Source: Candidatus Binataceae bacterium | Lineage (GTDB): Bacteria; Desulfobacterota; Binatia; Binatales; Binataceae | Direction: 5' to 3' | NCBI GenBank assembly: GCA_035500975.1 | Contig: DATJWT010000024.1 | Coordinates: 1 to 51,129, forward strand | DNA length: 51,129 bases | Shown here: positions 8,656-17,026 of the stretch, piece after piece | How the letters are laid out: each line of letters opens with the position of its first letter | How positions within the stretch are numbered: the stretch's first letter is position 1 | Notes under the pieces: generated by a model | What the model saw: the letters and a program-made list of their open reading frames with translations, nothing else | What the model was told of the DNA's origin: nothing | Databases searched by the model: none | Translations under genes and position numbers: made by a program

Positions 8656-9180
8656 ATGGCGGAAGAACGCAAAGGCGCCGTTACGATGCGGGGCAACCCA
8701 ATGACCCTGGTAGGTCCCGAGCTCAAGCCGGGACAGAAGGCCCCCGGATTTACGATCGTGGGCAAGGGGCTCGCGCCCGCGGGGCTCGACCAGTTCAAAG
8801 GCAAGGTCAAGGTCATCACCACGGTCCCCTCGCTGGATACTCCCGTCTGCGATGCGGAGACGCGCCGCTTCAACGAGGAAGCCTCCAAGCTTCCCGGCGA
8901 CGTGCAAATTCTCAGCATCTCGATGGACCTGCCGTTCGCGCAGGCACGATGGTGCGGGGCGGCGGGAGTGGACAAGGTGACGACGCTCAGTGACTACCGT
9001 GGCGCGGAGTTCGGCCAGAAATACGGCGCGCTGATCAAGGAACTCCACCTGCTCGCGCGCGCGGTGTTCGTGGTCGACAAGAACGACAACGTCACCTACG
9101 TCGAGTATGTCAAGGAAGTTGCCGAGCATCCGAACTATGAGGCGGCGTTGAACGCGGCTCGCAAAGCGGCCTCAGCCTGA
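8656..9180 (+). CDS. tpx: thiol peroxidase (atypical 2-Cys peroxiredoxin Tpx), 174 aa
   Basis: AAGGAG RBS. The segment VITTVPSLDTPVCDAETRRFN carries the peroxidatic Cys, and ARWCGA carries the resolving Cys. The sequence is collinear with Tpx family proteins. Confidence 0.9.
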   Translation: MAEERKGAVTMRGNPMTLVGPELKPGQKAPGFTIVGKGLAPAGLDQFKGKVKVITTVPSLDTPVCDAETRRFNEEASKLPGDVQILSISMDLPFAQARWCGAAGVDKVTTLSDYRGAEFGQKYGALIKELHLLARAVFVVDKNDNVTYVEYVKEVAEHPNYEAALNAARKAASA

Positions 9181-9193
9181 TCGACTTTTCGGG

Positions 9194-9225
9194 AGCGGGA
9201 GATGCGCCGGTGTGCGTCTCCCGCT
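9194..9225 (+). terminator. stem-loop downstream of tpx (possible intrinsic terminator)
   Basis: A 14-bp stem (AGCGGGAGATGCGC / GTGCGTCTCCCGCT, including two G-U pairs) with loop CGGT, followed by TTCAATTTC. It starts 14 nt after the tpx stop. The U-tract is weak. Confidence 0.4.
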
Positions 9226-9251
9226 TCAATTTCAGCTACGGAGTATCGAAC

Positions 9252-10025
9252 TTGCCGGAGAATCAGAATTCCCCGCAATCTCCCGCGCACGGGCTTCCGT
9301 TCACCGCGGACCTGAAGCGCGGGCTTTACGAGGCGATCTTTCGCCGCCGCGATATCCGCGAGTTTCTGCCGGACGCGATTCCTGACGAGGTGCTCGCACG
9401 CGTGCTGATCGCCGCGCATCACGCGGCGAGCGTCGGGTTCACGCAGCCATGGGACTTTATCGTGGTTCGCGACCTGGAACGGCGCCGGCGCGTACACGCG
9501 ATCTTCGACGAAGAGCATTTCAAGAACGCCAACGAGTTCGCCGACGAGCGGCGCAAGAAATATCTCTCCCTGAAACTCGAAGGTATTCTGGAATCGCCCT
9601 TGAATGTGCTCGTAACCTGCACGCCCGGTCGTTCCGGCCCCGCGGTTCTCGGCAAGACCAGCATCCGCGACGTCGAGATCTACTCGGCCTGTCTCGCCGT
9701 CGAGAATTTCTGGCTGGCCGCGCGCGCCGAAGGACTGGGAGTCGGATGGGTCAGCATCCTCCGAAACGAGGCGCTCGCTGAAATCTTTTCCATCCCGGAG
9801 GGAACGATTCCGCTCGCCTACCTGTGCGTTGGCTACGTTCGAAATTTCCCCGATGAACCGATCCTCGCGATCAAGGGATGGGCGCGCAGGATTCCGCCGC
9901 GCACGCTGCTGCATTTCAACTCGTGGCAGGGGAATGATTCGTCAGGCGACCAGCTGGTCGCCGCGATTGAGAATCCGGACATCTGGCGCGAGATTTTTCC
10001 CGACGAAGATCCGGGAGAACGCTGA
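9252..10025 (+). CDS. bluB: 5,6-dimethylbenzimidazole synthase BluB (nitroreductase fold), 257 aa from TTG 9252
   Basis: The segment YEAIFRRRDIREF...HHAASVGFTQPWDFIVV...GVGWVSIL is BluB-like. GGAG at 9240-9243 lies 8 nt before TTG 9252. The longer GTG 9210 start sits inside the tpx hairpin, so it is disfavoured and the start remains uncertain. Confidence 0.75.
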   Translation: MPENQNSPQSPAHGLPFTADLKRGLYEAIFRRRDIREFLPDAIPDEVLARVLIAAHHAASVGFTQPWDFIVVRDLERRRRVHAIFDEEHFKNANEFADERRKKYLSLKLEGILESPLNVLVTCTPGRSGPAVLGKTSIRDVEIYSACLAVENFWLAARAEGLGVGWVSILRNEALAEIFSIPEGTIPLAYLCVGYVRNFPDEPILAIKGWARRIPPRTLLHFNSWQGNDSSGDQLVAAIENPDIWREIFPDEDPGER

Positions 10026-10033
10026 CCCCGCCC

Positions 10034-10699
10034 TTGAACCGCGCGACTCCCTGGGAATGGGAAATTCGGGAGCGGACCCTCGTCGTACGGTTCGACGCTC
10101 CATTTCGCACACTCGGATGGGCTCCGCTCGGCGGCGGCTTTTCGCGCGTGCGTGCCGTCATCAATCATCAAGTCAGTGAGAACGATCGCCCGGCCACGGA
10201 AGCTCCTGCCCGGTACCTGCGCGGTATCGCTCGCGATCTCGGGTTAGACTCGCGAGCGGTCGCCGCGATGATGACCGGCGCCAAGGTTCGCCGTGCCGCT
10301 TACTCGATGGCAGCGCGCGGTTTGTTGCGCGTCGGGACGTGGTGTACGGCAGGATGCTCGAACGCGTTGCGAGTGGGAGATCGCGCGACTTTCACGAAGG
10401 TTCTGCCCGGTACTATCAACGTGATCGTGGCGCTCAACCAGCCGATGGAACCTGCCGCGATGGTGGAAGCGATTCAGATTGCGACCGAGGCGCGCATCCT
10501 CGCCGTGCAACAAGCCCGCGTCATCAGCAAACGAAGCGGAAAGCCCGCGACCGGCACCGGCACCGATTGCATCGTGGTCGCGGCCCCGCTCGGAACGCCG
10601 GCGCATCGTTATTGCGGCAAGCACACGCTGGCAGGCGAACTGATAGGACGGTCGGTGTTGAAGAGCTGTACGATAGCGCTGGCGCGTGACCAGCGATGA
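10034..10699 (+). CDS. cbiZ: adenosylcobinamide amidohydrolase CbiZ, 221 aa
   Basis: TTG start. The segments ...TLGWAPLGGGF...AAMMTGAKV...GTINVIV...ATEARILA...TGTGTDCIVVA are typical of CbiZ. Its stop overlaps the cbiB start (ATGA at 10696-10699). Confidence 0.8.
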   Translation: MNRATPWEWEIRERTLVVRFDAPFRTLGWAPLGGGFSRVRAVINHQVSENDRPATEAPARYLRGIARDLGLDSRAVAAMMTGAKVRRAAYSMAARGLLRVGTWCTAGCSNALRVGDRATFTKVLPGTINVIVALNQPMEPAAMVEAIQIATEARILAVQQARVISKRSGKPATGTGTDCIVVAAPLGTPAHRYCGKHTLAGELIGRSVLKSCTIALARDQR

Positions 10700-11655
10700 C
10701 ATACGCGTTCCATCTGTCGGTGCCTCTGATCGCGCTGGCGATCGTTTTCGACATCCTGCTCGGTGACCCCGACTGGCTGCCGCACCCCGCGCGACTGATC
10801 GGCGCCGCGATCGCGCGGGGCGAGACGATGCTGCGCAGGGGCGAGCCCGCTGCCGACCTCCGGGGTGGGGCGATGCTTGCGATCGGCGTCGTGCTGCTGT
10901 CGGCCGCCGCGGCATGGATAGTCCTCGCGATCTTCGGTTGGATCCATCCCGCGCTCGGTGCGATTGCCGCTGCGCTGATCGCCTGGACCACGTTGGCGGC
11001 GCACGGCCTGGACGCTGCCGCGCGCGAGGTGCAGGACGCGCTCGCCCGTCACGACGATGAAGCAGCCCGCAGAGCGATGCCTGCGCTGGTCGGACGCGAT
11101 CCCGCCAGCCTCGATCGCCCTGCGATGATTCGGGCTACGGTGGAATCAGTCGCCGAGAACTCCAGCGATGGTGTCATCGCGCCGCTCTTCTTCCTGTTCA
11201 TCGCCGGTCCCGTCGGCGCGATTGCATACAAGGCGATCAACACGCTCGACTCGATGATTGGGCATCGCAACGAACGTTATCTCTATTTCGGCCGCTTCGC
11301 GGCCCGGCTCGACGACGTCGCGAACTGGATTCCCGCGCGCATTGCCGCATTGTGTATCATGGCGGCATCGGAAGTGTGGCTACGGCGGGGTGCCGATGCG
11401 TACGCGATGTGCCGTCGCGATGCGCACAAGCATGAGAGTCCCAATGCAGGCTATCCTGAGGCCGCGATGGCGGGCGGGCTCGGCATCCAGCTCGGCGGCC
11501 CCGCAAGCTATGACGGTGAGAAGCTAGAGCGCGCACGGCTGGGAGACGCCGAATGCCCATCGACAATCGACGATATCGCGAGCGCGCGAATGATCTTCAA
11601 AATCGCGACGGCGGTGGCGTTCCTGGCGATGGCGTTTCTTCGAGCGCTGGTATGA
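10696..11655 (+). CDS. cbiB: adenosylcobinamide-phosphate synthase (CbiB in Salmonella nomenclature), 319 aa
   Basis: Membrane protein with LLGDPDWLPHPARLIG, VESVAENSSDGV, INTLDSMIGH and SPNAGYPEAAMAG motifs of the CbiB/CobD synthase family. Confidence 0.85.
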   Translation: MTYAFHLSVPLIALAIVFDILLGDPDWLPHPARLIGAAIARGETMLRRGEPAADLRGGAMLAIGVVLLSAAAAWIVLAIFGWIHPALGAIAAALIAWTTLAAHGLDAAAREVQDALARHDDEAARRAMPALVGRDPASLDRPAMIRATVESVAENSSDGVIAPLFFLFIAGPVGAIAYKAINTLDSMIGHRNERYLYFGRFAARLDDVANWIPARIAALCIMAASEVWLRRGADAYAMCRRDAHKHESPNAGYPEAAMAGGLGIQLGGPASYDGEKLERARLGDAECPSTIDDIASARMIFKIATAVAFLAMAFLRALV

Positions 11656-12722
11656 CCAACCCGGTCGCAATCGATCGCGCTCATGGCGGCGCAGTGCCCG
11701 ACGGAGTGATCGATTTCAGCATCAGCATCAATCCTCTTGGTCCTCCCGCGGCTGTAAGAGTTGCCTACGAGCGGGCCTGGTCGCGAATCGCTCTCTATCC
11801 CCCTGCCAGGAGCATCGCGCTGGAAGAGCGGCTGGCTGCGTGGTTCGGCGTTCCAGCCGAAAACGTCCTGGCCGGCAATGGCACCACGCAATTGATCTAT
11901 CTGCTGGCGCGCGTGCTCGAACCCGCGCGCCCGTTGGTGGTCATACCGACCTTTAGCGAGATTGCCAACGCGCTGGCGGGCGAGGGATTGCCGCCCGAGC
12001 CGATCCGGCTGGATGCGAAGAGCGGATTCCGGCTCGACCTTCATGAAATCGACGGCGCGCTCGCTGGCCATGCAGGAGCGATCTTCCTTGGTAGACCGAA
12101 CAGCCCGACCGGAACGATGTTAAGCATCGCCGAGATTGGCGAGATTGCCGCGCGATGCGCGAATCGCGGATGCTGGTGCGTTATCGATGAGGCTTTTATC
12201 GATTTTGTCGATCCTCCAGACTCAGCCGTTCGGTTGGCGGTGGAGAATCCTCGCGTCATCGTGTTGCGATCGCTTACCAAGTCGTTTGCGATTCCGGGGC
12301 TGCGCCTTGGATGCGTGGTCGCACCGACTGAAGTAGCCGCCGCGCTGCGCGATGCGATCGAGCCATGGTCTGTGAACGCGGTCGCGGAGTCCGTTGGACT
12401 CACATGCCTGGACAACTCGGAGGAGTATCTCAGGCACACGCGAAGTATGGTTGCCACGGAGCGGAAGTATCTCGCTGAGTCGATGAGCAAACTTGCAGGG
12501 ATTGTTGTCTATCCGTCGGTAGCGAATTTTCTGATGCTCGAGGTGAGTGGCGAATCGGCAGCCGGAGAGTTTGGGAAAAAGATGCTGAGTTCAGGAATCG
12601 CGATCCGCGACCTTCGGACGCTGCCGGGATGCGGCCCCGGGCAGTATCGAATCGGAATTCGAGGTCACGCCGACAATGAGCGTTTCGTGCAAGTAACGAT
12701 CGAGGTACAAGGTAGTCGCTGA
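11652..12722 (+). CDS. cobD: L-threonine-O-3-phosphate decarboxylase (CobD in Salmonella nomenclature; class I/II aminotransferase fold), 356 aa
   Basis: ATG 11652 overlaps the cbiB stop (ATGA). The segments AHGG...IDFSISINPLGPP and SLTKSFAIPGLRLG (PLP lysine region) are present. The track ORF start at 11553 lies inside cbiB and was rejected. Confidence 0.75.
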   Translation: MTNPVAIDRAHGGAVPDGVIDFSISINPLGPPAAVRVAYERAWSRIALYPPARSIALEERLAAWFGVPAENVLAGNGTTQLIYLLARVLEPARPLVVIPTFSEIANALAGEGLPPEPIRLDAKSGFRLDLHEIDGALAGHAGAIFLGRPNSPTGTMLSIAEIGEIAARCANRGCWCVIDEAFIDFVDPPDSAVRLAVENPRVIVLRSLTKSFAIPGLRLGCVVAPTEVAAALRDAIEPWSVNAVAESVGLTCLDNSEEYLRHTRSMVATERKYLAESMSKLAGIVVYPSVANFLMLEVSGESAAGEFGKKMLSSGIAIRDLRTLPGCGPGQYRIGIRGHADNERFVQVTIEVQGSR

Positions 12723-13786
12723 TGGGTTTGCTTGAAGATACTCTCCGCGCGATCGCTCCGCTCGATGCCGAAGCGGAGCGAGCCGCCGCCGCGCATCTGG
12801 ATTCTCTCACCAAGCCGCCTGGCAGCCTCGGATACCTCGAGAAGGCCGTGCGCCGCTATGCCGCGATTCGCGGCGACGGTGCCGCGCAAAAGGGACGCGG
12901 AGCGATAGCCGTGTTCGTCGCGGATCATGGAATAGCCGATGAAGGCGTCAGCGCATTTCCGCAGGCGGTTACGGTCGAAATGCTGCGGAACATTGCCGGC
13001 GGCGGCGCGGCCATCAGCGTGCTCGCGCGACGTTTCGGCCTCGACTTGCGCGTGGTCGATGTCGGCGTGAAGACCGACACGAGTGCCGCGCCATTCGCGG
13101 GCGTCATCTACCGCCGCATTGGCGCCGGCACCGCCAACTTCGCGCGAAACCGCGCGATGACCCCGGAACAGGTCACGGGCGCACTGGAAGTTGGAATCGC
13201 GATTGCGCGGGACCTGGCAAAAGGCGGCGCAAATCTGATCGGAATCGGCGAGATGGGAATCGCCAACAGCACGTCGGCGGCCGCCGTTTTGAGCGCGATC
13301 GCCCGGATCGCTCCCGCGGAACTGGCTGGACGCGGGACCGGGCTCGATGATGCCGGAGTGCGGCACAAGGTGAGGGTTATCGAGCGTGCGCTGGAATTCC
13401 ATCGAACCTCTTTGACCAGCGGCGAATCGATTCTTTCCGCCGTAGGAGGGTTCGAAATCGCCGCGATGGCGGGAGTGTGCCTTGCCGGCGCTGCCTTACG
13501 AGTCCCGGTCGTCGTCGATGGCTTCATTGCGACCGCAGCGGCGGCTGCCGCAGAGAAAATCTCCCCCGGGTTGTTCGAGTATCTCTTCTTCAGCCATCGG
13601 TCGGCCGAGGGCGGTCACGCGCTGGCGCTGGAAAAGCTCGGAGTGCGTCCGATTCTCGATCTCGATATGCGATTGGGCGAAGGAACCGGTGCAGCGCTGG
13701 CAATGAATGTGCTGCAGTCGGCGCTGGATCTGTTTCATTCGATGGCGACGTTTTCCTCCGCGGGAGTATCGGGCAAGGTGCGATGA
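12722..13786 (+). CDS. cobT: nicotinate-nucleotide--dimethylbenzimidazole phosphoribosyltransferase, 354 aa
   Basis: The segments LTKPPGSLGYLE, GEMGIANSTSAAA and LDLDMRLGEGTGAALA are hallmark CobT motifs. Confidence 0.9.
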   Translation: MGLLEDTLRAIAPLDAEAERAAAAHLDSLTKPPGSLGYLEKAVRRYAAIRGDGAAQKGRGAIAVFVADHGIADEGVSAFPQAVTVEMLRNIAGGGAAISVLARRFGLDLRVVDVGVKTDTSAAPFAGVIYRRIGAGTANFARNRAMTPEQVTGALEVGIAIARDLAKGGANLIGIGEMGIANSTSAAAVLSAIARIAPAELAGRGTGLDDAGVRHKVRVIERALEFHRTSLTSGESILSAVGGFEIAAMAGVCLAGAALRVPVVVDGFIATAAAAAAEKISPGLFEYLFFSHRSAEGGHALALEKLGVRPILDLDMRLGEGTGAALAMNVLQSALDLFHSMATFSSAGVSGKVR

Positions 13787-14559
13787 GCAAGCCCGCATCA
13801 GCCCTGACCAACTCGCCGATTGGCATTGTCTCCCAGCTTCGGCTGGCGGCGAACTTTCTCACCATCGTGCCGATAGGCCCGGGTCGCGTAGACAACGCGG
13901 TCGTGGGGGCATCGTTTCGATGGTTTCCGCTGGTCGGGTTTGTCCTGGGCGCGATCTTCGCTGCCGAAGACAGCCTGCTGCTGATGGTTTTTCCCGCGAT
14001 GCTGCGATCGGCGATCGTGATCCTGACGATGGTGGTCGTGACCGGTGCGGTGCATCTGGATGCGCTTGCGGACACGGCCGATGCGCTGGGGGCGGGGCGC
14101 AATCGCGATCGCGTGATGGACATTCTGCGCGACAGCAGGATCGGCTCCTTTGGCGCTGCCGCGGTTTGTCTTTCACTCGCGCTGAAGATTTTCGCGCTCG
14201 GGTCGCTCCACGAGCCTTATCGGATCCTTGCGCTGTTCGTTGCGCCGGGACTCTCGCGATGGGCGATGGTGGCCGTGGCGGCCGGCGTCCCGTACCTGCG
14301 CCCCGAGGGCGGCGCCGGGGCGACCCTGCTTCAGCGCGATAATAACAGCATGATGGTCGCGAGCCTGATCACGGCGGCGCTGGTAACCGTGACACTTGCT
14401 CCGCGAGCGTTAGTGTCAGCGGCGGTAGCAATCGCGGTCGTCCTGGCGGCACGATGGTTTTACAGCCGATGGCTGGGCGGCGTGACCGGAGATCTGATCG
14501 GGGCTTGCGGCGAGATCGTGGAGATTGCCGTGCTGGTAGCATTTGCGGCTTCGGTCTAA
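13783..14559 (+). CDS. cobS: adenosylcobinamide-GDP ribazoletransferase (cobalamin synthase), 258 aa
   Basis: ATG 13783 overlaps the cobT stop (ATGA). Polytopic membrane protein with FLTIVP, HLDALADTADA and GDLIGA motifs. The track ORF start at 13477 lies inside cobT. Confidence 0.85.
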   Translation: MSKPASALTNSPIGIVSQLRLAANFLTIVPIGPGRVDNAVVGASFRWFPLVGFVLGAIFAAEDSLLLMVFPAMLRSAIVILTMVVVTGAVHLDALADTADALGAGRNRDRVMDILRDSRIGSFGAAAVCLSLALKIFALGSLHEPYRILALFVAPGLSRWAMVAVAAGVPYLRPEGGAGATLLQRDNNSMMVASLITAALVTVTLAPRALVSAAVAIAVVLAARWFYSRWLGGVTGDLIGACGEIVEIAVLVAFAASV

Positions 14560-14564
14560 TTCTC

Positions 14565-15089
14565 ATGCGCAACCTCGAAGCGAAATTCCGGCTTCGCGAT
14601 TTGAACCAGGCGCGCGAGCGCGCGATGGCTATCGGGTATTCTTCGCGCTCCGTCCTTCGCCAGCGTGACACCTTCTTTCGCGTCGCCAACGGCAAGCTGA
14701 AACTCCGTGAAGGAGGCGAAGAGAGCCGTGCAATCCTGATTCACTACGGACGCAGGGAAACGGACACCCTGCAACTCAGCAACTACGAGATCGTTCCGAT
14801 CCCGGATGCAGAGAAAACTCGCGCAATGCTGTCCGATGCGCTCGGTGTGATCGCGGAAGTTCGCAAGGAGCGAATCCTCCTGATGCGCGCTAACGTGCGG
14901 CTGCATCTGGATCGGGTTGAAGGATTGGGCGACTTCGGGGAGATCGAGGCCGTCATCGCCGATGGGGACGATCCGGAGGCAAGCCGCGCCGCTGTGAAGG
15001 AGACCCTGGCGGCGCTGCAAATTGGCCGCGACGATCTGATCGATATTTCGTACTTCGAGATTGCCGCTCAGGCTGCCCAGCCGAAATAG
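14565..15089 (+). CDS. CYTH domain protein (class IV adenylate cyclase / triphosphate tunnel metalloenzyme family), 174 aa
   Basis: ATG 14565 lies 5 nt after the cobS stop. The N-terminal MRNLEAKFRL matches the (E/N)-x-E-x-K strand of CYTH proteins. LHLDRVEGLGDFGEIEAV is a typical C-terminal strand pair. Confidence 0.7.
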   Translation: MRNLEAKFRLRDLNQARERAMAIGYSSRSVLRQRDTFFRVANGKLKLREGGEESRAILIHYGRRETDTLQLSNYEIVPIPDAEKTRAMLSDALGVIAEVRKERILLMRANVRLHLDRVEGLGDFGEIEAVIADGDDPEASRAAVKETLAALQIGRDDLIDISYFEIAAQAAQPK

Positions 15090-16906
15090 TCGTCGAACAT
15101 CCGGTCGATTGCCCGGACGAATTGCGGCGTGTTGAACGGATCCTGCGCCCTGGAATTCTTCAGAGCAGCCGCGAGTGCGAGCATGTTCTCCCGAAAGCGC
15201 GCATGGCGATCATCGCTGATGTACCCGAGCGGGTCGTCATCGCTGAGAAAGCTGCCGATCTCCGCAAATCCCCACGCGCGGTTGCGAAATGACTTGGCGC
15301 TCTCCGGCGAGGTGGGTTCCAGCGCGTAAGCATAGACCACGCACGCCATCTCCATCCGTCCCGCGAAAAACCTCTGCACGTCGAGTCTTTTTCGCCGAGC
15401 CTGCAACGCTGCGACGCCGATATGTTTCAGAAGTTCGTCTCCGGAGGGCATCGTGTTGTTCGTGGCGTGCTCACCAAGCGCTTGCGCGTTGTCCTCAAGA
15501 ATCTGCACGACCATCGAGCGCAACGCCTCGGGGTCTCCGCGTTCCTCGAGCGTGACTACGGCAGTGTCCGAGGTGCCGCCCCAGACTTTGACCAGCTTTT
15601 GTTCTTCCATCGTCCGCAATACGGGATCTTCCGGCGCAAGCGGCACCACGTACACCTTGACGCCGGCAGACAGATCGAGGGCTGGGTCGACCTTGGGCTG
15701 CACTTCGACCCAATGTCCGCGTTGCAGCGTCATCGGGGTAAAGACTGCAATCGATGGTCCGAACGAGTTTTGATAGACGGCGGCCAGGCGATCGTTCAGA
15801 TGATTGCTGCTGATCACGTCGGCGATCGCTTTTGCTCGCTCCCAATCGAGCGGTCGCGGGAACTTGATGCCCACATCCCAGGTGATGTCCGCCAGCAGGC
15901 TCGGAATGCCGAGCGGAAAGATGGTGGCGATCGCGACGATCGCGCCGATGAACGCCGTCCGCAGCCGTGGGGCCGCGAGTCGGCGCGCGATGTCGGCGAC
16001 AAAGATCGCATCAAGGACGGATGCCGCCATGGTGGATTGCGCAATGAAGCGGCTCAAATCCTGCAGCAGCCACGCGACCGCGGCGAACGTCCAGGCAAAC
16101 AGGAAAGCGTTTCGCGTCGGCTGCCGCAGATAGAGAAGCGCAGCGGCGATCGCGAGGAGATCGATGATGAGATCGAAGTGCACCGCTTCGTGTCCGTGCA
16201 TGCCGCGATACCATTCGAGATTGGAAAGAAAATGTATGGAGTAGGGGAGGGTCAGGATTACGGTCGCCGCCCCGACGATCAAAAGCGGGCGCCACTTGCG
16301 CCTGAGTATGCCCGCAATTGCAATTCCAACGGGCGCGCTGACGAATCCGCCGAGATGCGTGTAACAACCCAGTACGGCGATCGCGGTCGCGAGGACGAGT
16401 CGTTCTTCGAGGAAGAAATAGATTGCCCAGGGGATCGAGATGAACAGCCATCCGGATGGGATACCAATGGAAAATGAACCCGATGCGTAGGCGCTTCCGG
16501 CCAGGAACGCGACCGCAAGCATCGCGGTGATATCGCCGCCCAGTCGCCGCCCGAAGTACATAACGGTGAGAACCGCGGCGAGCCATTGGATGAACGCGAG
16601 GATCGCGTTGGCGATGATGTAGGCGTGCGGGCTCCCGCCGAATGCCGTTCCGAGCAGGGCGATCGCGATGTGCAAGGCGGGACCCTGGAGATTAGGGCGG
16701 CCGCCGGGGCCGAAGTTGATGTGGTCCCACCAGGCCGCGCCGTGGGCCGCATACTGCTCCGCGAGCGAGATGTGGTAGCCGGAGTCGATAGAGACGCGGT
16801 AGTCGGGAATCGAATACAGCAGCAGCGCGGCATTGACGATCACGATAGCCCACATCGTGGTGCGCGCGGGGCGGCTCTCGGTGGGGGGCAGGATTTCGGG
16901 GATCAT
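15068..16906 (-). CDS. polytopic membrane protein with soluble C-terminal domain (possibly GT-C/ArnT-like glycosyltransferase), 612 aa
   Basis: About 10 or more hydrophobic segments in the first ~340 aa, then a hydrophilic domain. No clear RBS, so the start is uncertain (alternative Met at 16855). The 3' end overlaps the CYTH gene convergently by 22 nt. Confidence 0.55.
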   Translation of the reverse strand: MIPEILPPTESRPARTTMWAIVIVNAALLLYSIPDYRVSIDSGYHISLAEQYAAHGAAWWDHINFGPGGRPNLQGPALHIAIALLGTAFGGSPHAYIIANAILAFIQWLAAVLTVMYFGRRLGGDITAMLAVAFLAGSAYASGSFSIGIPSGWLFISIPWAIYFFLEERLVLATAIAVLGCYTHLGGFVSAPVGIAIAGILRRKWRPLLIVGAATVILTLPYSIHFLSNLEWYRGMHGHEAVHFDLIIDLLAIAAALLYLRQPTRNAFLFAWTFAAVAWLLQDLSRFIAQSTMAASVLDAIFVADIARRLAAPRLRTAFIGAIVAIATIFPLGIPSLLADITWDVGIKFPRPLDWERAKAIADVISSNHLNDRLAAVYQNSFGPSIAVFTPMTLQRGHWVEVQPKVDPALDLSAGVKVYVVPLAPEDPVLRTMEEQKLVKVWGGTSDTAVVTLEERGDPEALRSMVVQILEDNAQALGEHATNNTMPSGDELLKHIGVAALQARRKRLDVQRFFAGRMEMACVVYAYALEPTSPESAKSFRNRAWGFAEIGSFLSDDDPLGYISDDRHARFRENMLALAAALKNSRAQDPFNTPQFVRAIDRMFDDYFGWAA

Positions 16907-17026
16907 CTAGCCGTCAATGTGCGGGTAAAACGGCGGACGGATCAATGCGGGGGAGAGTTGTGCGGAGGAATCGGCTACTCGCGAAGGGGATTTTCCCTTA
17001 AGGGCGCAAGATCGTTCGCCGCAACT

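Noticed and set aside
8417-9251. Possible cobalamin riboswitch upstream of the cob operon
   Set aside because: I could not find a B12-box-like element (consensus approximately AGYCMGGAGACCKGCC) or room for a ~200-nt aptamer. The tpx coding sequence and its hairpin fill the space. A covariance-model scan is needed for certainty.
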